32,000 bases of DNA from Bacillus subtilis subsp. subtilis str. 168 (GTDB lineage: Bacteria; Bacillota; Bacilli; Bacillales; Bacillaceae): positions 570,001 through 602,000 of the forward strand of contig NC_000964.3 of NCBI RefSeq assembly GCF_000009045.1, in the 5' to 3' direction. This document shows positions 17,744 through 27,113 of the stretch, piece by piece. A model generated the notes under the pieces. That model had not been told where the DNA came from. It saw only the letters and a program-made list of their open reading frames with translations, and ran no database searches. Both the position numbers and the translations under genes were made by a program. Position 1 is the first letter of the stretch; each line of letters begins with the position of its first letter.

Positions 17744-18967
17744 TTGCTTATAAGGAATCCTTTTAAAGATAAATATTACTCACATGATAGGCGGGCATTA
17801 AACATGCTTGCACTCAGAGTGCCGGGCCTGGCTTTTATTCTCATGATCTATATAGCCTCTATCGTGCTGCAATTTGTTTCTGGGGGCTGGTCCATTTTAT
17901 TGCTTTATGCGTTTACCATATTAATCGCCATTTTTGCTTTGCTTCATTGGCACTCATATCGCTGGGTTAAGAAAAGAGTGATTCTGTATTTCGCGGTACA
18001 AGGTTTGATCACCTTTGCACTTGCTAATCTCATGACTGGCTTCTTTATACTTGTGATTATCGGCCTTTATGCATTTTTAATTGGACAAATTATAGGAATG
18101 GCAGACAGAAGAAGGACTTTTCTCATTCTTTATCTATTGCTGCTGCTGGTCATAAATTCGGCGTATCACCTTCATAAAGGTGAAGTTTTGCATTTTATTG
18201 TTATTGCTGCGCCGATCATGATTGTCATCATCACTTATGCCGCAACATTTTTTGCCCAAGTCGATGAAAAAATAAAAGCTCAATTGACTCTTGAAAGGCT
18301 GGAGCTGGCTCATCAGCAGGTAGAACAGCTGACGCTGCAGAACGAAAGACAGCGGATGGCCCGAGACTTACACGATACGCTTGCTCAAGGTCTTGTCAGT
18401 TTAAATATGCAGCTGGATGCGATTCATGTTCATCTCGCCAAAGGCAACACAGAGAGAGCGAAGGAAATCATACAACAATCGATGAAAAGAGTGAAAAGCA
18501 CAATAGCTGATGCACGTTCAGCTATTGACGATCTCCGCAGCAAATCAGAAGAAATCGGTGTTTTAAAAGAAAGAATTACCTCGCTAATGGATCATTTTAT
18601 AGAGTCGACAGGCATGGCTTGTTTATTAGATTACAGATTGCATCAGGTGCTGGATGTGCGTACAGCTGAAAACTGTTATTACATCATTGGAGAATGCATG
18701 ACGAATGCGGCAAAGCATGCTGAGGCGAAAACAATCTGGATATCCATTTGGGATGATGAAAAGGGAAGGCTCCATTTAACAGTTAAGGATAACGGCAAGG
18801 GATTTGATGTTGAAAAAGGAAAGAAAAAGAGAGGACATTATGGGCTTCTTGGCATACAAGAACGCGTCAGGGCAATAAATGGCCAATTCAATATCAAGAG
18901 TACAAAATTGAAAGGAACACAAATTGAGATCACTGTACCAATTCAGGGAGAGATGCAAGATGAATAA
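17744..18967 (+). CDS. ydfH: Two-component sensor histidine kinase, NarL/DesK-type (YdfH-like)
   Basis: N-terminal TM segments, HisKA_3 motif RQRMARDLHDTLAQGLVSLNMQLD, HATPase region DNGKGFDVEKG...GLLGIQERV; TTG start. Confidence 0.9.
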   Translation: MLIRNPFKDKYYSHDRRALNMLALRVPGLAFILMIYIASIVLQFVSGGWSILLLYAFTILIAIFALLHWHSYRWVKKRVILYFAVQGLITFALANLMTGFFILVIIGLYAFLIGQIIGMADRRRTFLILYLLLLLVINSAYHLHKGEVLHFIVIAAPIMIVIITYAATFFAQVDEKIKAQLTLERLELAHQQVEQLTLQNERQRMARDLHDTLAQGLVSLNMQLDAIHVHLAKGNTERAKEIIQQSMKRVKSTIADARSAIDDLRSKSEEIGVLKERITSLMDHFIESTGMACLLDYRLHQVLDVRTAENCYYIIGECMTNAAKHAEAKTIWISIWDDEKGRLHLTVKDNGKGFDVEKGKKKRGHYGLLGIQERVRAINGQFNIKSTKLKGTQIEITVPIQGEMQDE

Positions 18968-19601
18968 GGTTTTAATCGTTGATGACCATCTTGTCGTGAG
19001 GGAAGGTCTGAAGCTTTTAATTGAAACGAATGATCAATACACCATTATAGGAGAGGCGGAAAATGGAAAAGTAGCAGTCCGTCTTGCAGATGAATTAGAA
19101 CCGGATATCATTCTGATGGATTTGTATATGCCGGAGATGAGCGGGTTAGAGGCCATTAAACAAATAAAAGAAAAACACGATACCCCCATCATTATTTTGA
19201 CTACATATAATGAAGATCACTTAATGATCGAAGGGATTGAATTAGGAGCGAAAGGATATCTGTTAAAAGATACGAGTTCAGAAACCCTTTTTCACACAAT
19301 GGATGCAGCCATCAGAGGAAATGTGCTATTGCAGCCTGATATCCTTAAACGTCTGCAAGAAATCCAATTTGAGCGGATGAAAAAGCAGCGCAATGAGACG
19401 CAGCTGACAGAAAAGGAAGTCATTGTTCTAAAAGCAATTGCTAAAGGTCTTAAAAGCAAAGCGATTGCCTTTGATTTGGGCGTCTCTGAGCGAACAGTAA
19501 AGTCCAGATTAACGTCCATTTACAATAAATTAGGCGCGAATTCAAGAACTGAGGCAGTAACGATTGCCATGCAAAAAGGTATTCTGACAATAGACAACTA
19601 A
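18960..19601 (+). CDS. ydfI: NarL/LuxR-type response regulator (YdfI-like)
   Basis: VLIVDDHLVVREGLKLLIE..., LTEKEVIVLKAIAKGLKSKAIAFDLGVSERTVKSRLTSIYNKL; ATG 18960 overlaps the ydfH stop. Confidence 0.92.
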   Translation: MNKVLIVDDHLVVREGLKLLIETNDQYTIIGEAENGKVAVRLADELEPDIILMDLYMPEMSGLEAIKQIKEKHDTPIIILTTYNEDHLMIEGIELGAKGYLLKDTSSETLFHTMDAAIRGNVLLQPDILKRLQEIQFERMKKQRNETQLTEKEVIVLKAIAKGLKSKAIAFDLGVSERTVKSRLTSIYNKLGANSRTEAVTIAMQKGILTIDN

Positions 19602-19619
19602 ACTGCATATTTGAAAATT

Positions 19620-19645
19620 GCCCAAACGTACATGCCCGAATGTAC
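19620..19645 (+). promoter_or_regulatory. Tandem YdfI boxes in the ydfJ promoter
   Basis: GCCCAAACGTAC (19620-19631) and GCCCGAATGTAC (19634-19645); match my recollection of the published consensus GCCCRAAYGTAC. Confidence 0.8.
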
Positions 19646-19716
19646 GTTTTTTTCATTTCATTGTCAACTACAATGAGAAAGAATGTGATCAAGCAATGTG
19701 TTGAAAGGAGATTATC

Positions 19717-21891
19717 ATGTCAAAAATGTTATATACATTAGGAGGATGGGTTGCTCGCAATCGCATAAAAGCAATATGTGCGTGGATCGTTGTGTTAGTT
19801 GCTGCGATAGGCCTTGCAGTGACCTTGAAACCAAGTTTTTCTGAGGATATGTCCATACCTGACACACCTTCGGAAAAAGCGATGGATGTGATTCAAAAAG
19901 AATTTCCTCATGGTCCTGATAAAGGGAGCATACGGGTTATTTTCGGTGCTGGTGATGGGGAGAAACTTACTGGGAAGCCAGCAAAAAAAGCAATAGAAGA
20001 TACGTTCAAAGAAATCAGTAAAGATGATTCTGTTGACTCGATTGCAAGTCCTTTTGTGACAGGGACAATCGCGAAAGATGGCACAGTTGCCTATGCTGAT
20101 ATCCAGTATAAATCATCAGCAGATGATATAAAGGATTACTCTATCAAACACTTAAAAGACAGTTTGAAAATGGCTGATGATGAAGGATTGCAAACTGAGC
20201 TAAGCGGAGATGTACCGGGAGCGGAGATGGAGATAGGCGGTGTCTCTGAAATTGTCGGCATTATCTTGGCTTTTGTCGTTTTAGCCATTACATTCGGTTC
20301 TTTATTAATAGCAGGTTTGCCGATTTTAACTGCACTGATTGGTTTAGGTGTAAGTATTGGACTGGTTTTGATTGGGACACAAGTATTTGATATTGCTTCT
20401 GTCAGTCTTTCATTAGCCGGAATGATTGGCCTTGCTGTTGGTATTGATTATGCTTTATTTATTTTTACGAAACACCGCCAGTTTTTAGGCGAAGGCATAC
20501 AAAAGAATGAATCAATTGCGAGAGCCGTGGGAACAGCGGGAAGTGCAGTGGTTTTTGCCGGACTTACTGTTATCGTTGCACTTTGCGGATTAACTGTCGT
20601 TAACATTCCTTTTATGTCTGCGATGGGGCTGACAGCAGGGCTTAGTGTACTGATGGCTGTTTTGGCTTCCATCACACTTGTGCCTGCGGTCTTATCGATT
20701 GCAGGGAAGCGGATGATTCCGAAATCAAACAAGAAAATAGAAAAACAAAGCACTGAAACAAATGTCTGGGGACGCTTTGTCACCAAAAATCCTATCATGC
20801 TAAGTGTATGCAGCATTCTGATTTTGATCGTCATTAGTATCCCATCTATGCATTTGGAACTGGGCTTGCCTGATGCTGGGATGAAAGCTAAGGATAATCC
20901 GGATCGCCGGGCATATGACTTGCTTGCCGAAGGCTTTGGAGAAGGATTTAATGGCCAATTAACAATCGTAGCGGATGCCACAAATGCTACAGAAAATAAG
21001 GCGGAGGCTTTCGCAGATGCAGTGAAAGAAATAAAGGGCTTAGACCATGTAGCAAGTGTCACTCCTGCAATGCCTAATAAAGAAGGGAACTTTGCCATCA
21101 TTACGGTCGTTCCTGAAACAGGTCCAAATGATGTCACAACGAAAGATTTGGTACATGATGTACGCAGTTTATCAGATAAAAACGGAGTAGATTTGCTTGT
21201 TACTGGATCAACTGCAGTGAATATTGACATTTCAGATCGCCTGAATGATGCGATACCGGTGTTTGCTGTACTTATTGTTGGCTTTGCGTTTGTATTGCTG
21301 ACCATCGTTTTCCGTTCGCTGCTTGTGCCGCTTGTTGCTGTTGCAGGTTTCATGTTGACGATGACAGCCACTCTTGGAATCTGTGTATTTGTCTTGCAAG
21401 ACGGGAATCTCATCGACTTTTTCAAAATACCTGAAAAAGGGCCGATACTCGCGTTCCTGCCGATTTTATCGATTGGGATTCTGTTCGGGTTAGCCATGGA
21501 TTATCAAGTATTCCTTGTCAGCAGAATGCGTGAAGAATATGTAAAAACAAACAATCCAGTACAAGCCATTCAGGCTGGATTAAAACACAGTGGTCCTGTT
21601 GTTACAGCAGCCGGCTTGATCATGATCTTCGTTTTTGCAGGATTTATCTTTGCAGGCGAAGCTTCTATTAAAGCCAATGGGCTGGCTCTTTCCTTTGGTG
21701 TACTCTTTGATGCCTTTATTGTAAGAATGACACTGATTCCAAGTGTCATGAAGCTGATGGGGAATGCAGCCTGGTATTTGCCGAAATGGTTAGACAAGAT
21801 TATTCCGAATGTGGATATAGAAGGGCATCAACTGACAAAGGAAATACAGCCGGAAATAGATCATGAACAAAAGAAACAAATCAGTGTGTAA
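19717..21891 (+). CDS. ydfJ: MMPL/RND-superfamily transporter (YdfJ-like)
   Basis: 724 aa with two TM blocks, GLAVGIDYALFIFTKHR and GLAMDYQVFLVSRMREEY. Confidence 0.92.
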   Translation: MSKMLYTLGGWVARNRIKAICAWIVVLVAAIGLAVTLKPSFSEDMSIPDTPSEKAMDVIQKEFPHGPDKGSIRVIFGAGDGEKLTGKPAKKAIEDTFKEISKDDSVDSIASPFVTGTIAKDGTVAYADIQYKSSADDIKDYSIKHLKDSLKMADDEGLQTELSGDVPGAEMEIGGVSEIVGIILAFVVLAITFGSLLIAGLPILTALIGLGVSIGLVLIGTQVFDIASVSLSLAGMIGLAVGIDYALFIFTKHRQFLGEGIQKNESIARAVGTAGSAVVFAGLTVIVALCGLTVVNIPFMSAMGLTAGLSVLMAVLASITLVPAVLSIAGKRMIPKSNKKIEKQSTETNVWGRFVTKNPIMLSVCSILILIVISIPSMHLELGLPDAGMKAKDNPDRRAYDLLAEGFGEGFNGQLTIVADATNATENKAEAFADAVKEIKGLDHVASVTPAMPNKEGNFAIITVVPETGPNDVTTKDLVHDVRSLSDKNGVDLLVTGSTAVNIDISDRLNDAIPVFAVLIVGFAFVLLTIVFRSLLVPLVAVAGFMLTMTATLGICVFVLQDGNLIDFFKIPEKGPILAFLPILSIGILFGLAMDYQVFLVSRMREEYVKTNNPVQAIQAGLKHSGPVVTAAGLIMIFVFAGFIFAGEASIKANGLALSFGVLFDAFIVRMTLIPSVMKLMGNAAWYLPKWLDKIIPNVDIEGHQLTKEIQPEIDHEQKKQISV

Positions 21892-21898
21892 TAGAAAA

Positions 21899-21925
21899 AG
21901 CAGATCTTTTATGATCTGCTCTTTT
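21899..21925 (+). terminator. ydfJ intrinsic terminator AGCAGATCTTTTATGATCTGCTCTTTT
   Basis: 8-bp stem plus T-run. Confidence 0.75.
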
Positions 21926-21975
21926 GCTTATGGTAGTATTTAGAAGATGAAGTCGGCAGTTAAAAGGAGACGCTT

Positions 21976-22071
21976 ATGGCGCCATCACTCATTTTCGATA
22001 TGGATGGAACTTTGTTTCATATTGGCAGAAGCTGCATCATACTAGCAGGCATCCCAGGAGAAGTGACATGA
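21976..22071 (+). pseudogene. Truncated HAD-superfamily hydrolase remnant
   Basis: MAPSLIFDMDGTLFHIGRSCIILAGIPGEVT* with SD AAAAGGAG and HAD motif I (DMDGT), then stop; no domain continuation found. Confidence 0.5.
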
Positions 22072-22205
22072 TTTTTTGACTTTGCATTCACTACTTGATG
22101 CCAAGGATCTTGAGAATCCTTCTTGAAAATAAAGGATTTTACAACTGATCATATAAGAAACCTAAAGAAACAAGCACACAAAACCAGCTGCGGGTTTTGT
22201 CCAAG

Positions 22206-22239
22206 AAAAATAGAGTCCATAAGAGGGACTCTATTTTTT
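22206..22239. terminator. Intrinsic terminator AAAATAGAGTCC...GGGACTCTATTTTTT
   Basis: 12-bp inverted repeat with A/T flanks; a second hairpin ACAAAACC/GGTTTTGT lies at 22178-22200. Confidence 0.7.
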
Positions 22240-22302
22240 GAAGTGCCCGGCTAGAAGCATATTGCAGGACTTTATGAATGCAAATCACTATCTTATAAGC
22301 CC

Positions 22303-23205
22303 TTACCGTGAAATGCCTGTTTCTGCATTGAAAAAACGCATTACACGTTCATTTACGTAAGTGGGTTGTTCCATCGATAAAACATGTCCGGCATTTTTAA
22401 TGACTTCCGCCTCAATATCTGGAACGAATGAAGAGGCTCGGTGCAGGGCTGAGTGGGGATCATAGATGACTTCATGTTCACCAAGTAATAATAGGATAGG
22501 AACTCTTGCTGAACGTAATTCCTCATCGGTAAAAACATACGGAAATCCGTCGGCATTAGGATTTGGATTTCTTGATCCATCCTGCCACATTACCCCTGCC
22601 TTAAACTGCTTCACAAAAATCGGGTGCAGCACATTCTGATCATTCATCATCCAATTTAAGAATGTTTCAACTCCATTTGACGCTGTAAGGCCAAGAGCGT
22701 ATTTGTAGAAATCGTGATGAAATGGCAAAAACGTTTCTGCCGGACTCAGTATAGCTGCGCTTTTTACTCTCTCAGGCATACGTAAAAGGAAATTCATCGT
22801 ATGGAGACCGCCAAGCGAAAGTCCGATCATGTGGGACTTTTCGATCCCCAGATTGTCAAACACATCAAGAAGCCAATTGGCGTAATCCGTTCTTGTACCG
22901 CTTACATTCTCAGGAATACTCTTGTTTTTATCACCTATGATATCAACTGCATAAGTTCTGTATTTACTGCTCCAATCGGCGATGTTGGGATACCACATCG
23001 TCGAGCTGAATAATGCTCCGTGGAGTAATACAAGCGGCGGGGCATCCTCTGGGCCGCTTGCAATCACATGTGTTTGACCAAAACGAGTAGATATATAGAA
23101 TGATTTACAACGGACCGGCCAAAGACTAAGGCTTTCATTATAAGTTTGATAATAGCGGATACCGTTGTCACTTAATTCGGGAATACTAGATGAATGGTTT
23201 GACAT
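22303..23205 (-). CDS. nap: Alpha/beta-hydrolase, carboxylesterase (Nap-like)
   Basis: PPLVLLHGALFSSTMWYPNI...SHMIGLSLGGLHTMNFLL...NAGHVLSMEQP; symbol recalled from B. subtilis synteny. Confidence 0.8.
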   Translation of the reverse strand: MSNHSSSIPELSDNGIRYYQTYNESLSLWPVRCKSFYISTRFGQTHVIASGPEDAPPLVLLHGALFSSTMWYPNIADWSSKYRTYAVDIIGDKNKSIPENVSGTRTDYANWLLDVFDNLGIEKSHMIGLSLGGLHTMNFLLRMPERVKSAAILSPAETFLPFHHDFYKYALGLTASNGVETFLNWMMNDQNVLHPIFVKQFKAGVMWQDGSRNPNPNADGFPYVFTDEELRSARVPILLLLGEHEVIYDPHSALHRASSFVPDIEAEVIKNAGHVLSMEQPTYVNERVMRFFNAETGISR

Positions 23206-23406
23206 ACAAATGCCCCTCCCAATTTTGTTTAAATGAATGTGCCGTTTCGTGATGGGGAATCTGATTTTGATATAACAGACTTTATTTACAATATAATACA
23301 GTTGTTATTAGACGTCAAATCCAAGATGAAAAGGAAAAAAACGATTGAAACAGATTATTGAAAATCAATATAACAGAATATTAACCTCCTTTGTGGAGCC
23401 GCTTCA

Positions 23407-24096
23407 TTAAAACCGCAATCCAAATGCATGAATCACAAAAATCACAACAGGAGGGATCAGGAGGGAAGGCAGCAGATTCAGTGTTTTGAACTTCTTGATT
23501 CCAAGAATGCTTAGACCTGAACTGAGGATGAGTATGCCTCCCACAATTGTGATTTCATTAATAAGGTCTGTATTGATTGCGCTCTCCATTACTTGTGCAA
23601 ATAAATAGATGGAGCCCTGCCAGGAAAATAATACAAGTGCGGCAGCCGCTATTCCAAAACCAAAAGTTGAAGCGAGCACAATGGAGGTGATCCCATCTAA
23701 CATCCCGTTTGTCAGAAGGTATGTATAATCTCCATGCAAAGCGGCTTCAACAGGGCCTAATATTGACAGCGAACCTATACAAAATAATAAGACCGCAGTT
23801 GATAAGCCCTCTGCTAAATTGCTTTTAGAAAATTTGTTCACCAGCTTGTTGAATCGTAATTCTAAATTGATGATCTGGCCTAGCAAACCTCCAATGGCTA
23901 AACTCACGATGAATAGAATGGGGTATTTACTATCAGGCAAATGCTGTGTAATGGCGTTGATCCCCAGTGCGACCGCAGCGAATCCCATTGCCTGCATCAA
24001 AATATCCTGGTATTCATCTTTAATGCCTTTTTTGAATATCCCCCCGATTATGCTTCCTGCAATGATCATCACTGTGTTAAAAATCGTTCCAAACAT
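23407..24096 (-). CDS. ydfK: DUF554 integral membrane protein (YdfK-like)
   Basis: MFGTIFNTVMIIAGSIIGGIFKKGI... with multiple TM segments characteristic of DUF554. Confidence 0.85.
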   Translation of the reverse strand: MFGTIFNTVMIIAGSIIGGIFKKGIKDEYQDILMQAMGFAAVALGINAITQHLPDSKYPILFIVSLAIGGLLGQIINLELRFNKLVNKFSKSNLAEGLSTAVLLFCIGSLSILGPVEAALHGDYTYLLTNGMLDGITSIVLASTFGFGIAAAALVLFSWQGSIYLFAQVMESAINTDLINEITIVGGILILSSGLSILGIKKFKTLNLLPSLLIPPVVIFVIHAFGLRF

Positions 24097-24185
24097 AAGC
24101 TTTCTCCTCCAAAAATCATTCCTGCATAAAAAATAAACCCTCTAGTTAGTAGAGAGTCAAGGGAGATCAAAACATATTCATGAGA

Positions 24186-24998
24186 TTATTTGATGGGCAG
24201 CAGGATTTCAGTCACGTAATTATCTAGGTTATTCGTAATGCCATAATCAATGAGTGTGATTTCGATTGAGTCCCCTGCTACCTCATAATGATGTTCTTTC
24301 ATATATGCCAGTAATTTTTTGTAGTATGGTTCGGCTTCTGGATGTGACCCTTTAAACCTAATTTGCAGATATTCTCTTGAAGGAAAGATGATTTCTGAAG
24401 AAGTTTTTTCATTTTCATCTTCAAGAATCATAAATATACTGGAATATTTGTCAAACTGTTTTGCTTTCACATTTGCTGCAGAAATGGATAAACCAATCTT
24501 GCCTATGAATATATCTTCGTTTACATTCAGGTGGGTTCTCAATTCAGCTAACGAATGTTCGATATCATGGCCGAGAACATATTCATGCTGCAAATAGGCC
24601 ACACGCATTGCGGGAAGTTTGATTTTTGAAATTTGATGTAACGGCATGTTAACGGCATCTTCTATATGTGTGATGCGTCGGGAGATCTTTCGTTCAATGC
24701 GTTCCAATTCTTTCTTCTTGCGATCAATTTCAACCTGCTGGCTTTTTAGTAAATGAAGAAGAGTGTTTGTATTTTGAGAGTTATAAAAATCAAGAAGCTT
24801 ATTGATTGGCAGGCCTAGGGCCCTCAAATACTTGATGGTATCCAGCCGCTCAAACTGTTGGGTAGAATAATATCTATAGTTCGTTTGCTCATCTTTATAT
24901 TCCGGTTTCAAAAGGCCGATTTCATCATAATACCGAAGAGCAGAGATTTTCACATTGAATAACTTTGACACTTCTCCAATCGAAAAAAATTCCTTCAT
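24186..24998 (-). CDS. ydfL: MerR-family regulator with effector-binding domain (YdfL-like)
   Basis: [45 protein letters not shown] plus coiled coil and GyrI-like C-terminus. Confidence 0.9.
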
Positions 24999-25035
24999 TC
25001 TAACAACCTTTCTGTCCTATGATTGATATACACAC

Positions 25036-25066
25036 ATTATATAGTACGGCGAGTACTAAAGGTAAA
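25036..25066 (-). promoter_or_regulatory. MerR-type promoter/operator for ydfL: TTTACC - 19-bp spacer containing TAGTAC-n5-GTACTA - TATAAT
   Basis: Minus strand: TTTACC TTTAGTACTCGCCGTACTA TATAAT. Confidence 0.8.
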
Positions 25067-25083
25067 GTTTGCAGCATAAAGAA

Positions 25084-25108
25084 AAAACTCCTTCTAAAAA
25101 GGAGCTTT
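25084..25108 (-). terminator. ydfM intrinsic terminator (minus strand GCTCCTTTTTAGAAGGAGTTTTTTTC)
   Basis: Stem plus T-run in minus orientation. Confidence 0.75.
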
Positions 25109-26002
25109 TCATTCTTCGAAATAAGGATTTACATGGATGAGCACTTCTTCTACATCTGAAAACTGTCTTTTGATTTCATTTCGAATTTCGCGGGCAATGT
25201 CGTGTCCCTGCTTAATTGTCAAATCATGATCCAAAGATAAACGGACATCAAGCAATTTATAGTGGCCATGTTCTCGCGCGCGGATTCTATCAATTCGTTT
25301 TACCTGATCACATTGAAAAATAACAGCTTTATATTCCTCTATCAGCTCGGGATCAACACTCTTTTCCATGAGCACATCAACAGACGGCCTGATTAATTCC
25401 ATTGAAATCTTAAAAATGAGGTAAGCAACGATTGCACTGGCAATGGCATCGGCGTACAACAGATAGGACCATCCACGGCTGTTTCCGATGATAGCCAACA
25501 GGACGCCGATAAAAGCGGCAAGAGAGGCAACGATATCGCCTTTATGATCGTACGCAATCGCTATAATCGCTTTGCTGTTCCATTTTTTCCCTTGCTTTAT
25601 AGAATAACGATATAAGATTTCCTTAGCCACGTACGAAATCAGAGCCGCAAACAATGCGCTGTATTGGGGAACGCTTGGCCCTTTAACAAAGGACAGAATC
25701 GCTTCTATGAGGATATAAACGGATACGATCACTAAGATAATTCCTACAATCGCCTCACTAATGACTTCAGCTTTTCCGTGACCAAAAGGATGGTCTTGAT
25801 CGGGCGGTTTATTGGAAATTCCGATCACTGCCAAGACTGCAATCGAAGCAACGACATCTGCCGCGGAATGTATTCCGTCTGCAAACACGGCTTCACTATC
25901 GCCTACCAGCCCAAAAAAGACCTTTCCTGCCATTAAGATCAGATTGGCGATCAATGCAATCAAAGCAACTTTTCTGCTTATTTGTTCTCTTTCACTTGCC
26001 AT
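25109..26002 (-). CDS. ydfM: Cation diffusion facilitator family transporter (YdfM-like)
   Basis: VFADGIHSAADVVASIAVLAVIGISNKPPDQDHPFGHGKAEVISE and C-terminal ZT_dimer-like domain. Confidence 0.92.
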   Translation of the reverse strand: MASEREQISRKVALIALIANLILMAGKVFFGLVGDSEAVFADGIHSAADVVASIAVLAVIGISNKPPDQDHPFGHGKAEVISEAIVGIILVIVSVYILIEAILSFVKGPSVPQYSALFAALISYVAKEILYRYSIKQGKKWNSKAIIAIAYDHKGDIVASLAAFIGVLLAIIGNSRGWSYLLYADAIASAIVAYLIFKISMELIRPSVDVLMEKSVDPELIEEYKAVIFQCDQVKRIDRIRAREHGHYKLLDVRLSLDHDLTIKQGHDIAREIRNEIKRQFSDVEEVLIHVNPYFEE

Positions 26003-26442
26003 TTTTTCCTCCTATAAAACTGCACAAAAAAATAGGAGTGCTCTATATACGCTCTCCGTATCCTTTCCTGTGTAATCACTTTGTTTATCATACCAATTCA
26101 ATTTCGAGTGGGTCTATAGCAACGTTGTTTCCTGTTTACTAATAAATAAGGTGACAGAAAAAAAGTTGGAGCTATGCTAAAAAGGTCATACAGCAAACAA
26201 ATGAGTTCTTATGTAACAACAGTGATGATTCGCTATTAAAATGCTGCCGTCAGTGAAAAATTTCCACCTAATTTTCAAAAACCTATTGACATGAGAAGAT
26301 CTGTATTTTACTATTATCTCATATTCAAGATATTTTAATTTGAGATATTTGGTCGGAAAGATCAGCGATCAAGCGCAACTCTAAGTGTTCAATCGTTGTC
26401 AGTTCTTTTACACAATATTCAATATGATTTTTTATAACATAA

Positions 26443-26460
26443 TATCTCGAATTCGAGATA
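26443..26460. promoter_or_regulatory. MhqR operator TATCTCGAATTCGAGATA upstream of mhqN
   Basis: Perfect 18-bp palindrome matching the known MhqR box type. Confidence 0.8.
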
Positions 26461-26477
26461 AAAGGGAGTGTAGCGTA

Positions 26478-27098
26478 ATGGCTGAATTTACTCATTTAGT
26501 CAATGAAAGACGATCTGCAAGCAATTTTCTTTCAGGTCATCCAATCACAAAAGAAGATCTCAATGAGATGTTTGAATTGGTTGCATTGGCACCATCGGCT
26601 TTTAATTTGCAGCATACAAAATATGTGACGGTTCTTGACCAGGACGTAAAGGAAAAGCTGAAGCAGGCCGCAAACGGACAATATAAAGTGGTTAGCTCTT
26701 CTGCGGTTCTCTTGGTATTAGGGGATAAGCAGGCATATCAACAAGCGGCCGATATCTATGAAGGTTTAAAGGTATTGGGGATATTAAATAAGCAAGAGTA
26801 TGACCACATGGTGCAAGACACCGTTTCGTTTTATGAAAACAGGGGAGAACAATTTAAGAGAGATGAGGCGATAAGGAATGCTTCACTTTCTGCGATGATG
26901 TTTATGCTGAGTGCTAAGGAAAAAGGCTGGGATACCTGCCCGATGATCGGCTTTGATGCGGAAGCCGTAAAACGGATTTTGAACATAGACGACCAATTTG
27001 AGGTTGTCATGATGATTACGATTGGAAAAGAAAAAACAGAGAGCAGAAGACCGCGCGGCTACCGGAAGCCTGTGAATGAGTTTGTTGAGTATATGTAA
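26478..27098 (+). CDS. mhqN: Nitroreductase family protein, MhqN
   Basis: MAEFTHLVNERRSASNFLSGHPITKEDLNEMFELVALAPSAFNLQHTKYV; ATG 26478 with SD AAAGGGAG. Confidence 0.9.
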   Translation: MAEFTHLVNERRSASNFLSGHPITKEDLNEMFELVALAPSAFNLQHTKYVTVLDQDVKEKLKQAANGQYKVVSSSAVLLVLGDKQAYQQAADIYEGLKVLGILNKQEYDHMVQDTVSFYENRGEQFKRDEAIRNASLSAMMFMLSAKEKGWDTCPMIGFDAEAVKRILNIDDQFEVVMMITIGKEKTESRRPRGYRKPVNEFVEYM

Positions 27099-27113
27099 AA
27101 GGAGCGGATAAAA

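Noticed and set aside
18776-18958. 60-aa ORF antisense to the 3' end of ydfH
   Set aside because: Antisense to a conserved ATPase domain, no supporting signal.
20448-21497. 349-aa ORF antisense to ydfJ
   Set aside because: Shadow ORF produced by the codon bias of the MMPL gene; low-complexity P/S/T/K-rich translation with no domain and no sensible SD.
26047-26061. Dyad ATACG-CTCTC-CGTAT upstream of ydfM as a metal-responsive operator
   Set aside because: Short and not placed relative to any clear promoter; could not be distinguished from chance.
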